From Pirellulales bacterium (GTDB lineage Bacteria; Planctomycetota; Planctomycetia; Pirellulales; JBBRCE01), in contig JBBRCE010000005.1 of assembly GCA_038205115.1 (NCBI GenBank), positions 79,754 to 143,753 on the forward strand: a DNA stretch of 64,000 nt, read 5' to 3'. Positions 30,042 to 40,639 of this stretch are shown piece after piece. Position 1 is the stretch's first letter; every line of letters begins with the position of its first letter. The notes under the pieces were generated by a model that searched no databases, had not been told where the DNA came from, and saw nothing but the letters and a program-made list of their open reading frames with translations. The position numbers and the translations under genes are program-made.

Positions 30042-31229
30042 ATGAAAATCCACGAATTTCAGGCCAAGCAAATCCTTCGCGCCGCCGGCGTGGCCGTGCC
30101 GCGCGGAATCGTGGCAAAAACGCCGGACGAGGCGGCCGCCGCGTACAAAGAACTGGGCGGAAAAATTGCCGTGGTCAAGGCGCAAATTCATGCCGGCGGA
30201 CGCGGTAAAGGCAACATCAAAGCCATCCCCACGCAGCGCGGCGTGCAGTTGGTCAAATCGGCCGACGAAGCGGCGCAAGCCGCCAAAAACCTACTCGGCG
30301 GCGAACTGGTCACCATTCAAACCGGCGCGGCGGGTCAAACCGTGCGGCAAGTGCTCGTCGAAGAAGGCTGCGATATCGCCCGCGAACTTTACCTGGCCGT
30401 GTTGGTGGATCGCGCGGCGGCCGGCCCAGTGCTGATTGCCTCGGCCGAAGGTGGCATGAACATCGAAGACGTGGCGGAAAAAACGCCTGAGCGAATCTTT
30501 CACGAGCCGTTTCATCCCGACGTTGGGCTGCAGAGCTACCAGGTTCGCAAGTTGGCCGGCAAGCTGGGCCTGACCGGAGCAGCGGCCCGATCGGCCGAAA
30601 AATTTATGAAGTCGCTGTGCAAAGTGTTCGTCCAGCAAGATTGCAGCCTGCTGGAAATCAACCCGCTGGTTGTCACCGGCGCGGGCGAACTGCTGGCGCT
30701 CGATGCCAAAATGACCTTTGACGATAACGCCATGTTCCGGCATAAAGATTTGGAACCGCTCCGCGACCTGGGCGAAGAAGAACCGGCCGAAGTTCGGGCA
30801 GGCAAGTCGGGACTCAGCTACGTCAAGCTCGAAGGCAATATCGGCTGTCTGGTCAACGGCGCGGGACTGGCCATGAGCACGATGGACTTGATCAAGTATC
30901 ACGGCGGACAACCGGCCAACTTCCTGGATGTGGGCGGCGGCGCCAACGTGGAACAAGTGACCGAAGCCTTCCGTATTTTGCTCGACGACAAAAACGTCAG
31001 AGGCGTGCTGGTCAATATCTTTGGCGGCATCATGCGTTGCACCACCATCGCCACGGCCATTCTGGAAGCTTACCAAAGCGTGGGTTTTAACGTGCCGCTG
31101 GTCGTGCGACTCGAAGGCACCGAAGTGGAAGAGGGCCGCAAGATTCTGGCCGGTAGCGGTTTGAAGATCATCGCCGCCGAAGGCTTGACCGACGCCGCCC
31201 AAAAAATCGTCGCGGCTGTCGCGGCTTAA
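30042..31229 (+). CDS. sucC: Succinyl-CoA synthetase beta subunit
   Basis: [49 protein letters not shown]. Confidence 0.97.
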   Translation: MKIHEFQAKQILRAAGVAVPRGIVAKTPDEAAAAYKELGGKIAVVKAQIHAGGRGKGNIKAIPTQRGVQLVKSADEAAQAAKNLLGGELVTIQTGAAGQTVRQVLVEEGCDIARELYLAVLVDRAAAGPVLIASAEGGMNIEDVAEKTPERIFHEPFHPDVGLQSYQVRKLAGKLGLTGAAARSAEKFMKSLCKVFVQQDCSLLEINPLVVTGAGELLALDAKMTFDDNAMFRHKDLEPLRDLGEEEPAEVRAGKSGLSYVKLEGNIGCLVNGAGLAMSTMDLIKYHGGQPANFLDVGGGANVEQVTEAFRILLDDKNVRGVLVNIFGGIMRCTTIATAILEAYQSVGFNVPLVVRLEGTEVEEGRKILAGSGLKIIAAEGLTDAAQKIVAAVAA

Positions 31230-31289
31230 GCATCACCCCAGCATCATCATCGCCAGCAAAATCGCAACTTCAACGTAGTCGGCCAATCC

Positions 31290-32168
31290 ATGAGCATCCT
31301 GATCGATAAAAACACCCGCGTCATTTGCCAAGGTATTACCGGCAAGGTGGGGCAGTTTCATACCCGCGGCTGTCTGGCCTACGGCACGCAAATGGTCGGC
31401 GGCGTGACACCCGGCAAACGTGGCGAAAAGATCGAAGGCCTGCCAGTCTTTGACACCGTGGGCGAAGCGGTCGAACAAACCGGCGCAAACGCCACGATGA
31501 TTTTCGTGCCGCCGGCATTTACGGCCGACGCCATTCTCGAAGCCATCGATGCCGGTATTCCGGTGGTCATCGCCATTACCGAGGGCGTGCCGGTCATCGA
31601 CATGGTTCGCGTGTACGACGTTGTCAAACGCAGCAAGTCCGTGCTGATTGGTCCCAATTGCCCCGGTGTGATTACGCCGGAAGAATGCAAAATTGGCATC
31701 ATGCCAGGCTACATTCATAAGAGTGGGCCGGTGGGCGTGATGAGCCGCAGCGGAACGCTCACCTACGAAGCCGTGTGGCAATTGACGTCACTCGGACTCG
31801 GCCAATCCACCTGCGTGGGCCTTGGTGGCGATCCGATCGTCGGCATGTCGTTCATCGATTTGCTCACCCTGTTCCAAGCCGATCCCAAGACCGAAGCGAT
31901 CATGATGATGGGCGAGATCGGCGGCAATGCTGAAGAGCAAGCCGCGGAATTCATCCGCGACCACGTCACCAAGCCGGTGGCGGCATTCATTGCCGGTCGC
32001 ACCGCGCCGCCCGGCAAACGCATGGGACACGCCGGCGCCATCATCTCGGGCGGCAAAGGCACCGCGGCCGACAAAGTGGCCGCGCTGGAAGCCGCCGGAA
32101 TCGAAGTGGCCGCCAGCCCGGCCGATATGGGCGCGGCCATGCAACGTGCCATCGCCAAGAAACGCTAG
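31290..32168 (+). CDS. sucD: Succinyl-CoA synthetase alpha subunit
   Basis: [27 protein letters not shown] (phospho-His). Confidence 0.97.
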   Translation: MSILIDKNTRVICQGITGKVGQFHTRGCLAYGTQMVGGVTPGKRGEKIEGLPVFDTVGEAVEQTGANATMIFVPPAFTADAILEAIDAGIPVVIAITEGVPVIDMVRVYDVVKRSKSVLIGPNCPGVITPEECKIGIMPGYIHKSGPVGVMSRSGTLTYEAVWQLTSLGLGQSTCVGLGGDPIVGMSFIDLLTLFQADPKTEAIMMMGEIGGNAEEQAAEFIRDHVTKPVAAFIAGRTAPPGKRMGHAGAIISGGKGTAADKVAALEAAGIEVAASPADMGAAMQRAIAKKR

Positions 32169-32185
32169 AGCCCTTGACCATCGGG

Positions 32186-32662
32186 ATGAGCAACATGGAT
32201 CGCGATCTGATCGAACAATATGCCGCCGGCGGACCGAAACTGAGCACGGCCATCGCCGGATTGACCGAGCGAGATCTGCACACGCCGCCTTCGACCGGTG
32301 GCTGGACGATTGGGCAAATCGTGATGCACCTGATGGATTGCGATCTGATTGCCGCGGATCGCATGAAACGCGTGATCGCCGAGCCGTACGTGCCAACACT
32401 CGTGGGCTTCGATGAATCGGCATTTTCCGCCAATTTGTTTTACGATCAACTCGACGCCCACATTGCGGCGGATATTTTCGAAAAGAACCGCCAGTTGACC
32501 GCGCACATTCTCCGCAGTCTGCCGGACACTTCGTTCGAGCGCGTTGGCAACCACACCGAACGCGGCACGCTCACGTTGGAATCGCTGGTGCAAATCATGG
32601 TTGGTCACTTGGATCACCATCTCAAATACCTGCACGAAAAGCGCCGCGGTCTTGGTAAGTAA
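32186..32662 (+). CDS. DinB/YfiT family protein
   Basis: WTIGQIVMHL.D, RMKRVIAE, H..HH metal motif (HLDHHL). Confidence 0.85.
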   Translation: MSNMDRDLIEQYAAGGPKLSTAIAGLTERDLHTPPSTGGWTIGQIVMHLMDCDLIAADRMKRVIAEPYVPTLVGFDESAFSANLFYDQLDAHIAADIFEKNRQLTAHILRSLPDTSFERVGNHTERGTLTLESLVQIMVGHLDHHLKYLHEKRRGLGK

Positions 32663-32816
32663 CTCATCGATTCGGTTGGGCATTTCTGTTTGGCGACAGT
32701 CCAGTACCGTTATCGAACCTGCGCAGCCGCACTGTGGAAATCGCGCGCCGGCAGCAGTATGCTAATTCGAACGTCGCGAGTTGAATTTCTTTCATTGCCC
32801 CAGCTGTGCGTAATTC

Positions 32817-34091
32817 ATGTTTGCTCATTTTGCCTGGCCTGCGGTTCGTAAAACGTTGCGTGTCGCAATTGCCCTTCTGACCGCAGTCGTGTTGTCGGCC
32901 GCGCTGCTGCCTCCGCAACATCTGGCAGGCGCTGAACCGGCGAAGTCCGAAAACGCTTCGACCGTCGTGCTTGAGCCACGGCTGACCGACGAAGAGCTCT
33001 CCGCCGGTTGGATTTCACTGTTCGACGGCGTCACCGACTACGGTTGGCGTGCCGCCAGCAAGGCGGATTGGAAGGTTGCCGACGGCGTCATCTCAGTGAC
33101 CTCCGGCGAGCAAGGCCTACTGCACACCACCAGCCAGTGGGCGGACTACGTCCTGAAAGTCGATTTTCGCAGCACCAACAACACCAACAGCGGCATCTTC
33201 CTCCGCACGCCGGCCGTGCCAACCGATCCGACCAAAGATTGCTACGAATTGAACATTGCCGACGCGACGATCAGCAAATTTCCCACCGGCAGTCTTGTCG
33301 GTCGCACGCGCGCAGACGATGTACCGTTCAACGCGGATTGGCAAACGTATGAAGTCACGGTCGAGGGCGGCCACTTTCAAGTGCTGCTCAACGGCAAACC
33401 GGTTTGCGATTACACCGACGAGCATCCGCTAACGCGCGGTTTCATCGGCCTGCAGTACAACGCCGGCAAATGCGAATTCCGCAACATTCGGATCAAGCCG
33501 CTGGGAATGAGGCCGCTGTTCAATAAAAAAGATCTCAGCGGCTGGAAAGAGTTTCCGAATTTGCCAAGCAAATTTACCGTCACCGACCACGGCGAAATCA
33601 GCCTCAAAAACGGCAAGGGACAATTGGAAACCGAAGCCCGCTTTGCGGACTTCGTGTTTCAGATGGAAGTCATCAGCCGGGGCAAACATCTCAACTCGGG
33701 CGTGTTTTTTCGCAGCATCCCCGGCGAATATCAAAACGGCTACGAATGTCAGATTCAAAATGGCTTTAAAAACGAAGATCGCAACCAGCCGGAAGATTGC
33801 GGCACCGGCGGAATTTATCGCCGGCAAAATGCCCGCCGCGTGATGTCGGATGATTTCGCCTGGTTTGGCATGACCATCAACGCCACTGGCAACCATATGG
33901 CCGCTTGGGTTCGCGGCGTGCAAGTCAGCGACTTTACCGATACGCGCGCGCCGCACGATAATCCGCGCAGCGGTTTGCGAACTGCGGCCGGCACGATCAT
34001 TTTGCAAGGGCATGACCCCACCACCGATTTTTTGTTTCGGAATCTTCGCGCCGGCGAATTTCCGGCGGCAATCGCGCCGCGAAAAGAGTAA
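32817..34091 (+). CDS. Secreted protein with two DUF1080 (3-keto-disaccharide hydrolase-like) domains
   Basis: GWISLFDG, NSGIFLR, YELNI, GFIGLQ; second copy LFN.KDLSGW, NSGVFFR, YECQI, IILQGHD. Confidence 0.9.
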   Translation: MFAHFAWPAVRKTLRVAIALLTAVVLSAALLPPQHLAGAEPAKSENASTVVLEPRLTDEELSAGWISLFDGVTDYGWRAASKADWKVADGVISVTSGEQGLLHTTSQWADYVLKVDFRSTNNTNSGIFLRTPAVPTDPTKDCYELNIADATISKFPTGSLVGRTRADDVPFNADWQTYEVTVEGGHFQVLLNGKPVCDYTDEHPLTRGFIGLQYNAGKCEFRNIRIKPLGMRPLFNKKDLSGWKEFPNLPSKFTVTDHGEISLKNGKGQLETEARFADFVFQMEVISRGKHLNSGVFFRSIPGEYQNGYECQIQNGFKNEDRNQPEDCGTGGIYRRQNARRVMSDDFAWFGMTINATGNHMAAWVRGVQVSDFTDTRAPHDNPRSGLRTAAGTIILQGHDPTTDFLFRNLRAGEFPAAIAPRKE

Positions 34092-34118
34092 AATGCAGGC
34101 GTCGGATACGGCGCGTCA

Positions 34119-34649
34119 ATGCTGCTCGAAAAATCGGAGGCGACTCGGATGATCCATCAAACGCCGCTGTTTGCCGCTCGCGATGGTGAGCACTGTCTGC
34201 TACGGGTCGAAGGCCGCGGAACCATGCGCGAGAGTCCCACGTTTTTGGCGTTCATGCTACAAGAACTGTCGGCGCCCGCGGCGCAGGCGCTGGTTGATCT
34301 AACAGCCTGTCAGTATCTCGACAGTACGTTTCTCGGTTGCCTGGTGGCGCTACACAAACGTTGCGGGCATCCACCGAACGCGCGATTCTCGATTGTTGCC
34401 GATCAACCGACGCGGGAGCGGTTGTTGACGTGTACCGGATTGCATCGCATTTTGAACATCACGGATCGCTTGCCGGTCGGCACGATTTGCTGGACGCCGA
34501 TCCCGGTTTGTTCGCCGGACGCCCGCGAATTCAAGCAGCACGTCATGCAATGCCACCAAAATTTGGCCCAGTGCAATGGTCCCCAGTCGGCCACGTTCCA
34601 GCGAATCACCGAGCAACTGCAGCGCGAACTGGAACCACGGCAATCATGA
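34119..34649 (+). CDS. STAS domain (anti-anti-sigma-like) protein
   Basis: VDLTACQYLDSTFLGCL with the conserved phospho-Ser; stop overlaps the ribD start (ATGA). Start may be 34149. Confidence 0.82.
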   Translation: MLLEKSEATRMIHQTPLFAARDGEHCLLRVEGRGTMRESPTFLAFMLQELSAPAAQALVDLTACQYLDSTFLGCLVALHKRCGHPPNARFSIVADQPTRERLLTCTGLHRILNITDRLPVGTICWTPIPVCSPDAREFKQHVMQCHQNLAQCNGPQSATFQRITEQLQRELEPRQS

Positions 34650-35776
34650 ACTTCGAGGGAGTAGCGGCCAGCGCGGCCTATACGGAATTCGATCGCTCCT
34701 GCATGCGCCGCGCGCTAGAAATTGCTGAGCTTGGCCGCGGCGCGGTCGAACCGAATCCGCTGGTCGGTTGCGTGATTGCCCGCGACGAAAACATTCTAGG
34801 CGAAGGTCGCCATCAAAAATTCGGGCAAGCCCACGCCGAAGTCAACGCGCTGGCGTCTTGCGACCAAATTCCCCGCGGCGCCACCGTGTACGTAACGCTG
34901 GAACCCTGCTGCCATCACGGCAAAACGCCGCCTTGTACCGACGCGTTGCTGGCCGCTGGCGTTGGCCGCGTGGTGGTGGCGCAAACCGATCCGTTTCCGG
35001 CGGTCAGCGGCGGCGGGTTGCAACAATTGCGCGCCGCTGGCGTCAATGTGAGCGTCGGACTGCTGGAAGATCAGGCCCGGCGACTGAACGCCCCTTACTT
35101 GAAATTGCTGTCCGCGCAGCGACCGTGGGTCATCGCCAAATGGGCCATGTCGCTCGATGGCCGCATTGCCACCTACACCGGCGACAGCCGCTGGATATCC
35201 GGCGAAGAATCTCGCCATGTGGTGCACCAACTGCGTGGCCAGGTCGATGCCGTGATTGTCGGTCGCGGCACCGCAACGGCTGACGATCCACTGCTCACCG
35301 CGCGGCCGCCTGGTCCCCGGATTGCCACTCGCATCGTGCTGGATTCGAAGGCGGCCACGTCAATCGATAGCCAACTCGTGCGGACCGTCGATCAAGCGCC
35401 CGTGGTGATCGTCTGCGGGCCAAATGCCGATGACTCGCGTTGCCGCCAGCTTCGTGCCGCGGGCTGCGAAGTACTGCAACTGACGGGCGGAGATCAGGCG
35501 ACGCGGCTGCTGCAACTGCTGCAAGAACTCGGTCGGCGGCGGATGACCAACGTGCTGGTCGAGGGCGGCAGCCACCTGCTCGGCGTGTTGGCGGATGGTC
35601 AGTGGATTGACGAGGCGTGGCTGTTCGTGGCTCCGAAACTCATTGGCGGCCAATTTGCGCCGGGGCCGATTTCCGGCCAAGGAATCGCCAAGATTTCCGC
35701 AGCGCTGCAACTGACGGATATGCAGCATCAGCAGCTTGGTCCAGACATCTGGCTTCGCGGAATTGTTGTCCGCTGA
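34646..35776 (+). CDS. ribD: Riboflavin biosynthesis deaminase/reductase
   Basis: PNPLVGCV, HAEV, TLEPCCHHGKTPPC, SLDG.IA, S.WISG, D.P.LT.R, VEGG. Confidence 0.96.
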   Translation: MNFEGVAASAAYTEFDRSCMRRALEIAELGRGAVEPNPLVGCVIARDENILGEGRHQKFGQAHAEVNALASCDQIPRGATVYVTLEPCCHHGKTPPCTDALLAAGVGRVVVAQTDPFPAVSGGGLQQLRAAGVNVSVGLLEDQARRLNAPYLKLLSAQRPWVIAKWAMSLDGRIATYTGDSRWISGEESRHVVHQLRGQVDAVIVGRGTATADDPLLTARPPGPRIATRIVLDSKAATSIDSQLVRTVDQAPVVIVCGPNADDSRCRQLRAAGCEVLQLTGGDQATRLLQLLQELGRRRMTNVLVEGGSHLLGVLADGQWIDEAWLFVAPKLIGGQFAPGPISGQGIAKISAALQLTDMQHQQLGPDIWLRGIVVR

Positions 35777-35806
35777 CGATCGCCGCGGTTCGCGCGGGGT
35801 GTTAAA

Positions 35807-36781
35807 TCATTTCAGCAGATTCGCGCGACTCCATTTCCCAAATGTGGCCTCAACCGTAACGGTTTTGATCGGCGTTCCACGTTGCAACACCAGGACTGCT
35901 TTTTCACCGGGCGCCTTTTGCACCATTTGCTTGAGAAACCCCTGGAAATCCTTGACTTCTTGTCCACCAAACTCAATCAGCACATCGCCCGCGCGGATGT
36001 CGCATTTTTCGGCTGGCGATCCGGCTTGAACGGTGGTGATCGGCGCGCGCTCTTGCGCCACGTTTCCCGATTGCAGGCCCAGAAACGCGCCGCGCCGCCA
36101 ATCGACATGCGCACCCGTGGCCGCGGCGACTTTTTCCGCGGTTTTTTCGTCCAGCCCCGTATCGTACAGTCGAATTTCCCCAACGCTACGCACTTGCATC
36201 AGGGCAGCGAGGCCCTCGGCGTCAATCGGCACCGACCAGATGCACAGTAATTCGAGCCGATTGAGCCTCGACAAATGTTTAAGATCCTTCGCGTGGCCAC
36301 GCCAGGCTTCGTCGAGAATGACGTATTGCGGCTGATTTTGCCCGGGCTCAATTGCGACCTCGGCGTTGAGACGTTTGAGCTCCGCAACCGCGCGTGCCAT
36401 TTTCGCTAGCGGCTGATTGTTCAGCGCGGCGCGCGCAATCCGCGCCGCCGACGAATCCGCCTGTTGCGAGAGCGCGGTCAACGCGGCATGCGCGTCAGAA
36501 TCCGTTTGCTCGTCGTCCGACGCGGCATACAAATCCGCCATCGCCTGGCTCGCACGCCAGCGAACTTCGGGGTCGTCGTCAACGGCCGCCTGCCGCAGCA
36601 ATGCGATTGCATCGCTACCACCGCCTGCCAGCGCGCGCATCGCATTGTCGCGCGCTGAAAAATCGTCGGAACGAAGATCGGCAATCCAGCGTTGCAACGT
36701 CGCCGGAGTTGCGCGCTGCTCAGCGCACAGCGCGGCGTGACCCGCGCACGACAGCACGATGAACAGGCAGCAGTTGCGCAT
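35807..36781 (-). CDS. Secreted HEAT-like/LRR-like/PDZ protein (paralog 1)
   Basis: Signal peptide; DDPEVRWRA HEAT-like segment; GAFLG...VQAGSPAEK..I..GDV PDZ. Confidence 0.8.
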   Translation of the reverse strand: MRNCCLFIVLSCAGHAALCAEQRATPATLQRWIADLRSDDFSARDNAMRALAGGGSDAIALLRQAAVDDDPEVRWRASQAMADLYAASDDEQTDSDAHAALTALSQQADSSAARIARAALNNQPLAKMARAVAELKRLNAEVAIEPGQNQPQYVILDEAWRGHAKDLKHLSRLNRLELLCIWSVPIDAEGLAALMQVRSVGEIRLYDTGLDEKTAEKVAAATGAHVDWRRGAFLGLQSGNVAQERAPITTVQAGSPAEKCDIRAGDVLIEFGGQEVKDFQGFLKQMVQKAPGEKAVLVLQRGTPIKTVTVEATFGKWSRANLLK

Positions 36782-36820
36782 TGTGCGATCCTACAGCAAG
36801 AATGTCGACGGGCGAATTCC

Positions 36821-37807
36821 CTAGGGCGTCGATTTCAGTTGCCAGCGCCCGAGCGTGGCCTTTAACGTCAACGTCTCGACGGGGTCGTTACGCTGCACGA
36901 CGATGGTGGCCGTTTCTTTGGGCTCTTTTTTGGCGATTTCTTTGGTCAGCGAATCGAAGTCGGTCACTTCGGCGCCGTCGAACTTAACGATCAGATCGCC
37001 CGTGACGATGCCGGCCTTTTCGGCGGCCGAGCCGGGTTGAACGGTGCTGACGCGACAGCCCGGCACGCCGGGCATGGGGCCGATTCCAAGCAGCGCGCCC
37101 TTCCGCCAATCGACCGTGGCGCCGGTTGCCGCGGCGATTTTCTGCGCGGTTTTTTCGTCCAGCCCGCTGCCATAAAGCTGAATTTTATTGACGCCGCGCA
37201 GCTTCATCAGCATGGCCACCGCTTCGTCATCCAACCGCAGCGACCAAATGCAAAGCAGTTCGAAGTCGCCCAGCCGCGTCAATTGTTGAAGGCCGGCATT
37301 TCCGCCACGCCACTCGTCGTCGAGAATCACCTGCACTTGTTCTTGCATTTCCACGTTCAGACGCGATAAGCGGACATCTCCACCTAGGCGTTGGATCTCG
37401 GCCTTGGCTTGCTGCTGACGCACAACGGCGTGATGCCGCAGAATATCGCGCGCGGTAGATGCCGCCAGCCCTGCGGCCTGGTCGCGGATAGCGAACAATG
37501 CAGTCTCGGCGGCGGTACTCAACGTTGCGTCGTCAACCGAATCCGCCATTTCACCCAGCGCTTGCAGCGAGCGCCAACTAGCTTCCGGACTCTTGCCCAC
37601 CGCGGCCTGCTGCAAGGGGTTGACGGCGGCAGCTCCCGCCGCCGCCAGGCATTTGGTGGCTTGCTCGCGCACCGAGTAATCGTCGGCGTCGATCTCGGTG
37701 ATCCAGCGTTTTACGCTGCCAGCCGACGCTGGAGTGTCACCGCGCGTGGAATCGTTGCCGAGTACCACGCCGAGCACAACGGCAATCCCTCCTAGCCACC
37801 TGAGCAT
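36821..37807 (-). CDS. Secreted HEAT-like/LRR-like/PDZ protein (paralog 2)
   Basis: Same architecture; GALLG...VQPGSAAEKAGI..GDLI. Confidence 0.8.
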   Translation of the reverse strand: MLRWLGGIAVVLGVVLGNDSTRGDTPASAGSVKRWITEIDADDYSVREQATKCLAAAGAAAVNPLQQAAVGKSPEASWRSLQALGEMADSVDDATLSTAAETALFAIRDQAAGLAASTARDILRHHAVVRQQQAKAEIQRLGGDVRLSRLNVEMQEQVQVILDDEWRGGNAGLQQLTRLGDFELLCIWSLRLDDEAVAMLMKLRGVNKIQLYGSGLDEKTAQKIAAATGATVDWRKGALLGIGPMPGVPGCRVSTVQPGSAAEKAGIVTGDLIVKFDGAEVTDFDSLTKEIAKKEPKETATIVVQRNDPVETLTLKATLGRWQLKSTP

Positions 37808-38058
37808 ATTTGGCCCTTGGGTTGAGTCGCGGCTTACAGTCGTTCCGTCCCCAGCCCATTATATCATACAACCCATCGTCTGAGGCTAGCGGAGAATCGC
37901 TGCATGCATAACAAATTGCTCACATGATGCATTTTTGCAACGTATAGTTTCAGGAAGGCGATTCTCCGCGCCTGATATGGTCCGCCGCAACTGCTGGCGA
38001 TGGCCGCCGCGCCGGGAGTGATCCAGCGCTTGTTCGAAAACCGTGCTAGGTTCCCTGG

Positions 38059-39114
38059 ATGAATTTGACGCGAATATTCGCCGCCGGAGCTGTTGCCGTC
38101 GCTGCCCTTGCGTCGCCGCGACCAACGATTGCTAGCGACCTGCCCAACGCCGCTGCCTGGCAAGCGTGGGACAGCGAGCCGCTGCTGCCGCAGGAGTATC
38201 CGCTGTTCGCCGACGCGCAAGCTCATCGTCCCATTCAGCAAGGCCTGCTGTCCGCGGCGCTCGTGGCTGGCGGCACCAGCGACTCTGCCTCAATTGCCCG
38301 CTATCAGGGCGTGCTGGAACACTATTGCCGCCAATTTCGCCCACAGCTTGACGATTCGCAACCGCCTGCGCGCCGCGCGGCCAGGCTGTTCGAACTCATG
38401 CACGCTCAGATTTTGACTGCCGGCTATCAAGAAGACATGACCGATCTGGCGGCCACGTTCGATTCTGGTCGCTACAACTGCGTCAGTTCGTGCGTACTGT
38501 TCAACTGTTTGGCGCAGCGTTGCGGCCTGCAGGTCGGGGCCGTGGAATATCCAAGCCACGTCTGTAGCCTGTTACAAATCGGCCAGCAGCGGCTCGCCAT
38601 CGAAAACACCTGCCCGACGTGGTTTCGATCGGCTGAATTGAAAAATACGACGTTGACGGACGGCGCACTTTCCGCCGGCCGCCAAGTCGATACGCAACAA
38701 TTGGCAGCCATCGTCTATTACAATCGCGGCATCGACCTGCTCGGTCGGCAGCAATTTTCGGCGGCCATTTCGGCCAACCTCAGAGCGCTACGTCTGGATC
38801 CGGCAAGCCCCACGGCCGCCAGCAATTTACTGGCCGCGGTCAACAATTGGTCGCTTGCGCTGTGCGACGCCGGACAATTTGCCGAAGCCAGCCAGTTGCT
38901 GCGGCGGGCGCGCGGACTCGCTCCCGATCATGAGCCGTTTCGGGCCAACAGTTTGCACGTGGCCGGCATGTGGTGCCATGCGTTGGCCCAGCAAGGCCGC
39001 TTCGAAGATGCCTCGGCCGTCATTGCCGCCGCGCGTGACGCGCTTGGCAACGACGCGCGGCTCGACCGCTTACAAGCGGACTTGCGACGCCGGCAACTTG
39101 GACACGGCACATAG
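38059..39114 (+). CDS. Secreted transglutaminase-like + TPR protein
   Basis: Signal peptide; G.YNCVSS (Cys), PSHV (His), IENT; YYNRG and ALRLDP TPR-like repeats. Confidence 0.7.
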   Translation: MNLTRIFAAGAVAVAALASPRPTIASDLPNAAAWQAWDSEPLLPQEYPLFADAQAHRPIQQGLLSAALVAGGTSDSASIARYQGVLEHYCRQFRPQLDDSQPPARRAARLFELMHAQILTAGYQEDMTDLAATFDSGRYNCVSSCVLFNCLAQRCGLQVGAVEYPSHVCSLLQIGQQRLAIENTCPTWFRSAELKNTTLTDGALSAGRQVDTQQLAAIVYYNRGIDLLGRQQFSAAISANLRALRLDPASPTAASNLLAAVNNWSLALCDAGQFAEASQLLRRARGLAPDHEPFRANSLHVAGMWCHALAQQGRFEDASAVIAAARDALGNDARLDRLQADLRRRQLGHGT

Positions 39115-39282
39115 TCGCCACATTCGGCCGCGCGCAACCGTCACTCCGGCGTGTCTTACGCGGCACTTGTTGGTCTGTCCGCGCAGCCCTAGAATCAAAG
39201 TTCGATTCTCCGTTCGCGGTTTCAGTTCGCGCTGGCCGGATCGGCACTTCTCATCTCGCGTCCATCAGCGGAAAGCTCGCGC

Positions 39283-40275
39283 ATGCCTCGGCGTTACGTC
39301 AATCAATTGGGTCACCAGGAAGCGGTCGATCAAGTCTTCATGGCGTCGCAAAAACAATTGCGTCCCAACAAAAACGGCAACTTGTATTTGCAATTAGAAT
39401 TGAGCGACCGCAGTGGCGCGCTCAGCGCGCGGCTTTGGAACGCGTCCGAACAAGACTACCGCAGCTTCGAAGATGGCGACTTCGTCCGTGTCGAAGGCAC
39501 CACGCAGTTGTTTCAAGGTGCCATGCAGATGATCGCCACCAGCGTCTGCAAAGCCCGCGGCGAAGAGATCGATCCGGCCGACTTCATGTCGCTCACGCCG
39601 GTTGAAATCGACAAAATGGCCGTTCGCCTGGCACAACTCTTGCGCTCCGTCAGCGATCCGCATCTGCGTAATCTGGCCGAATGTTTTTTGACCGACGTGG
39701 AATTCATGGGCAAGTTTGCCCGCGCGCCGGCCGGCGTCAAAAATCATCACGCCTACCAAGGCGGTCTGCTGGAGCATGTGCTCAACCTAATGGAAGTCGC
39801 CAAACTGATTGCGCCGCGCTATGCCATGCTGGATGCCGATCTGCTGCTGATGGGCGCGTTTTTACACGATATCGGCAAGGTCGATGAACTGACGTACGAG
39901 CGCGGTTTGGCCTACAGCGATGAAGGCCAACTGCTCGGCCATATGGTGATGGGCGTCGGCATGTTCGATCGCAAACGGCAAGAGTCCGAGCAACTCTCCG
40001 GCGAAGAAATGCCGGCCGAACTCGCGCTGCGTTTGAAGCATTTGATCATCAGCCATCACGGCCAATACGAATACGGCTCGCCGAAATTGCCGATGACGCT
40101 CGAAGCGGTGGCGTTGCACTGCCTCGATAATCTCGACGCCAAGTTGCACAACTTTCATCAGTTGATTCGCGACGACGCCAACGTGGAAACACCGTGGACC
40201 ATGTACAATCCGCAACTCGGTCGCAAGCTGTTCAAAGGCCAGGCGGCTGTCGCGGCGCGCGGCAACCGGTTGTGA
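39283..40275 (+). CDS. OB-fold/HD-domain 3'-5' exoribonuclease, YhaM family
   Basis: N-terminal OB fold (L.DRSG...ARLW), HHAYQGGLLEH, LHDIGK, SHHG. Confidence 0.9.
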   Translation: MPRRYVNQLGHQEAVDQVFMASQKQLRPNKNGNLYLQLELSDRSGALSARLWNASEQDYRSFEDGDFVRVEGTTQLFQGAMQMIATSVCKARGEEIDPADFMSLTPVEIDKMAVRLAQLLRSVSDPHLRNLAECFLTDVEFMGKFARAPAGVKNHHAYQGGLLEHVLNLMEVAKLIAPRYAMLDADLLLMGAFLHDIGKVDELTYERGLAYSDEGQLLGHMVMGVGMFDRKRQESEQLSGEEMPAELALRLKHLIISHHGQYEYGSPKLPMTLEAVALHCLDNLDAKLHNFHQLIRDDANVETPWTMYNPQLGRKLFKGQAAVAARGNRL

Positions 40276-40319
40276 TCACCGCCGGTAACGCCACCGGAAA
40301 AACGTCGTCAATAATTTGC

Positions 40320-40349
40320 TTGACAAAGCGCGCGCCGTTGTTGAATACT
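40320..40349 (+). promoter_or_regulatory. Putative sigma70-type promoter for the small protein/phosphoesterase pair
   Basis: TTGACA-N18-AATACT. Confidence 0.45.
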
Positions 40350-40393
40350 CATGAGTACGTGTCTGGTTCAGCTTTCAGGGGAGCACATGCATC

Positions 40394-40639
40394 ATGGCCA
40401 GTTCGGTGTTGGAAGCAATCAAGCAAGGCATTTGGAATTACGAACCAGGGCAACCCGCGCGGACGTCGTACGCCTCGACTGACGCCGTACCGGGCAGCGG
40501 CGAAAAACTTGCCATCTTGGCCGAACGCGTCCGACTCGGCTTGCCGCTGTGGCATCCCAGCGATCGGATCGATTGCGAGAACATGAACTCGTGCGAATAC
40601 GTCCGGCGGCTGGCTCGTCGCGCCGTCGAGCACGTGTGA
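40394..40639 (+). CDS. Small hypothetical protein
   Basis: GGGAG SD; T.A.PGS.EKL.ILAERV..GLPLWHP.D; stop overlaps the next start (GTGA). Confidence 0.75.
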   Translation: MASSVLEAIKQGIWNYEPGQPARTSYASTDAVPGSGEKLAILAERVRLGLPLWHPSDRIDCENMNSCEYVRRLARRAVEHV

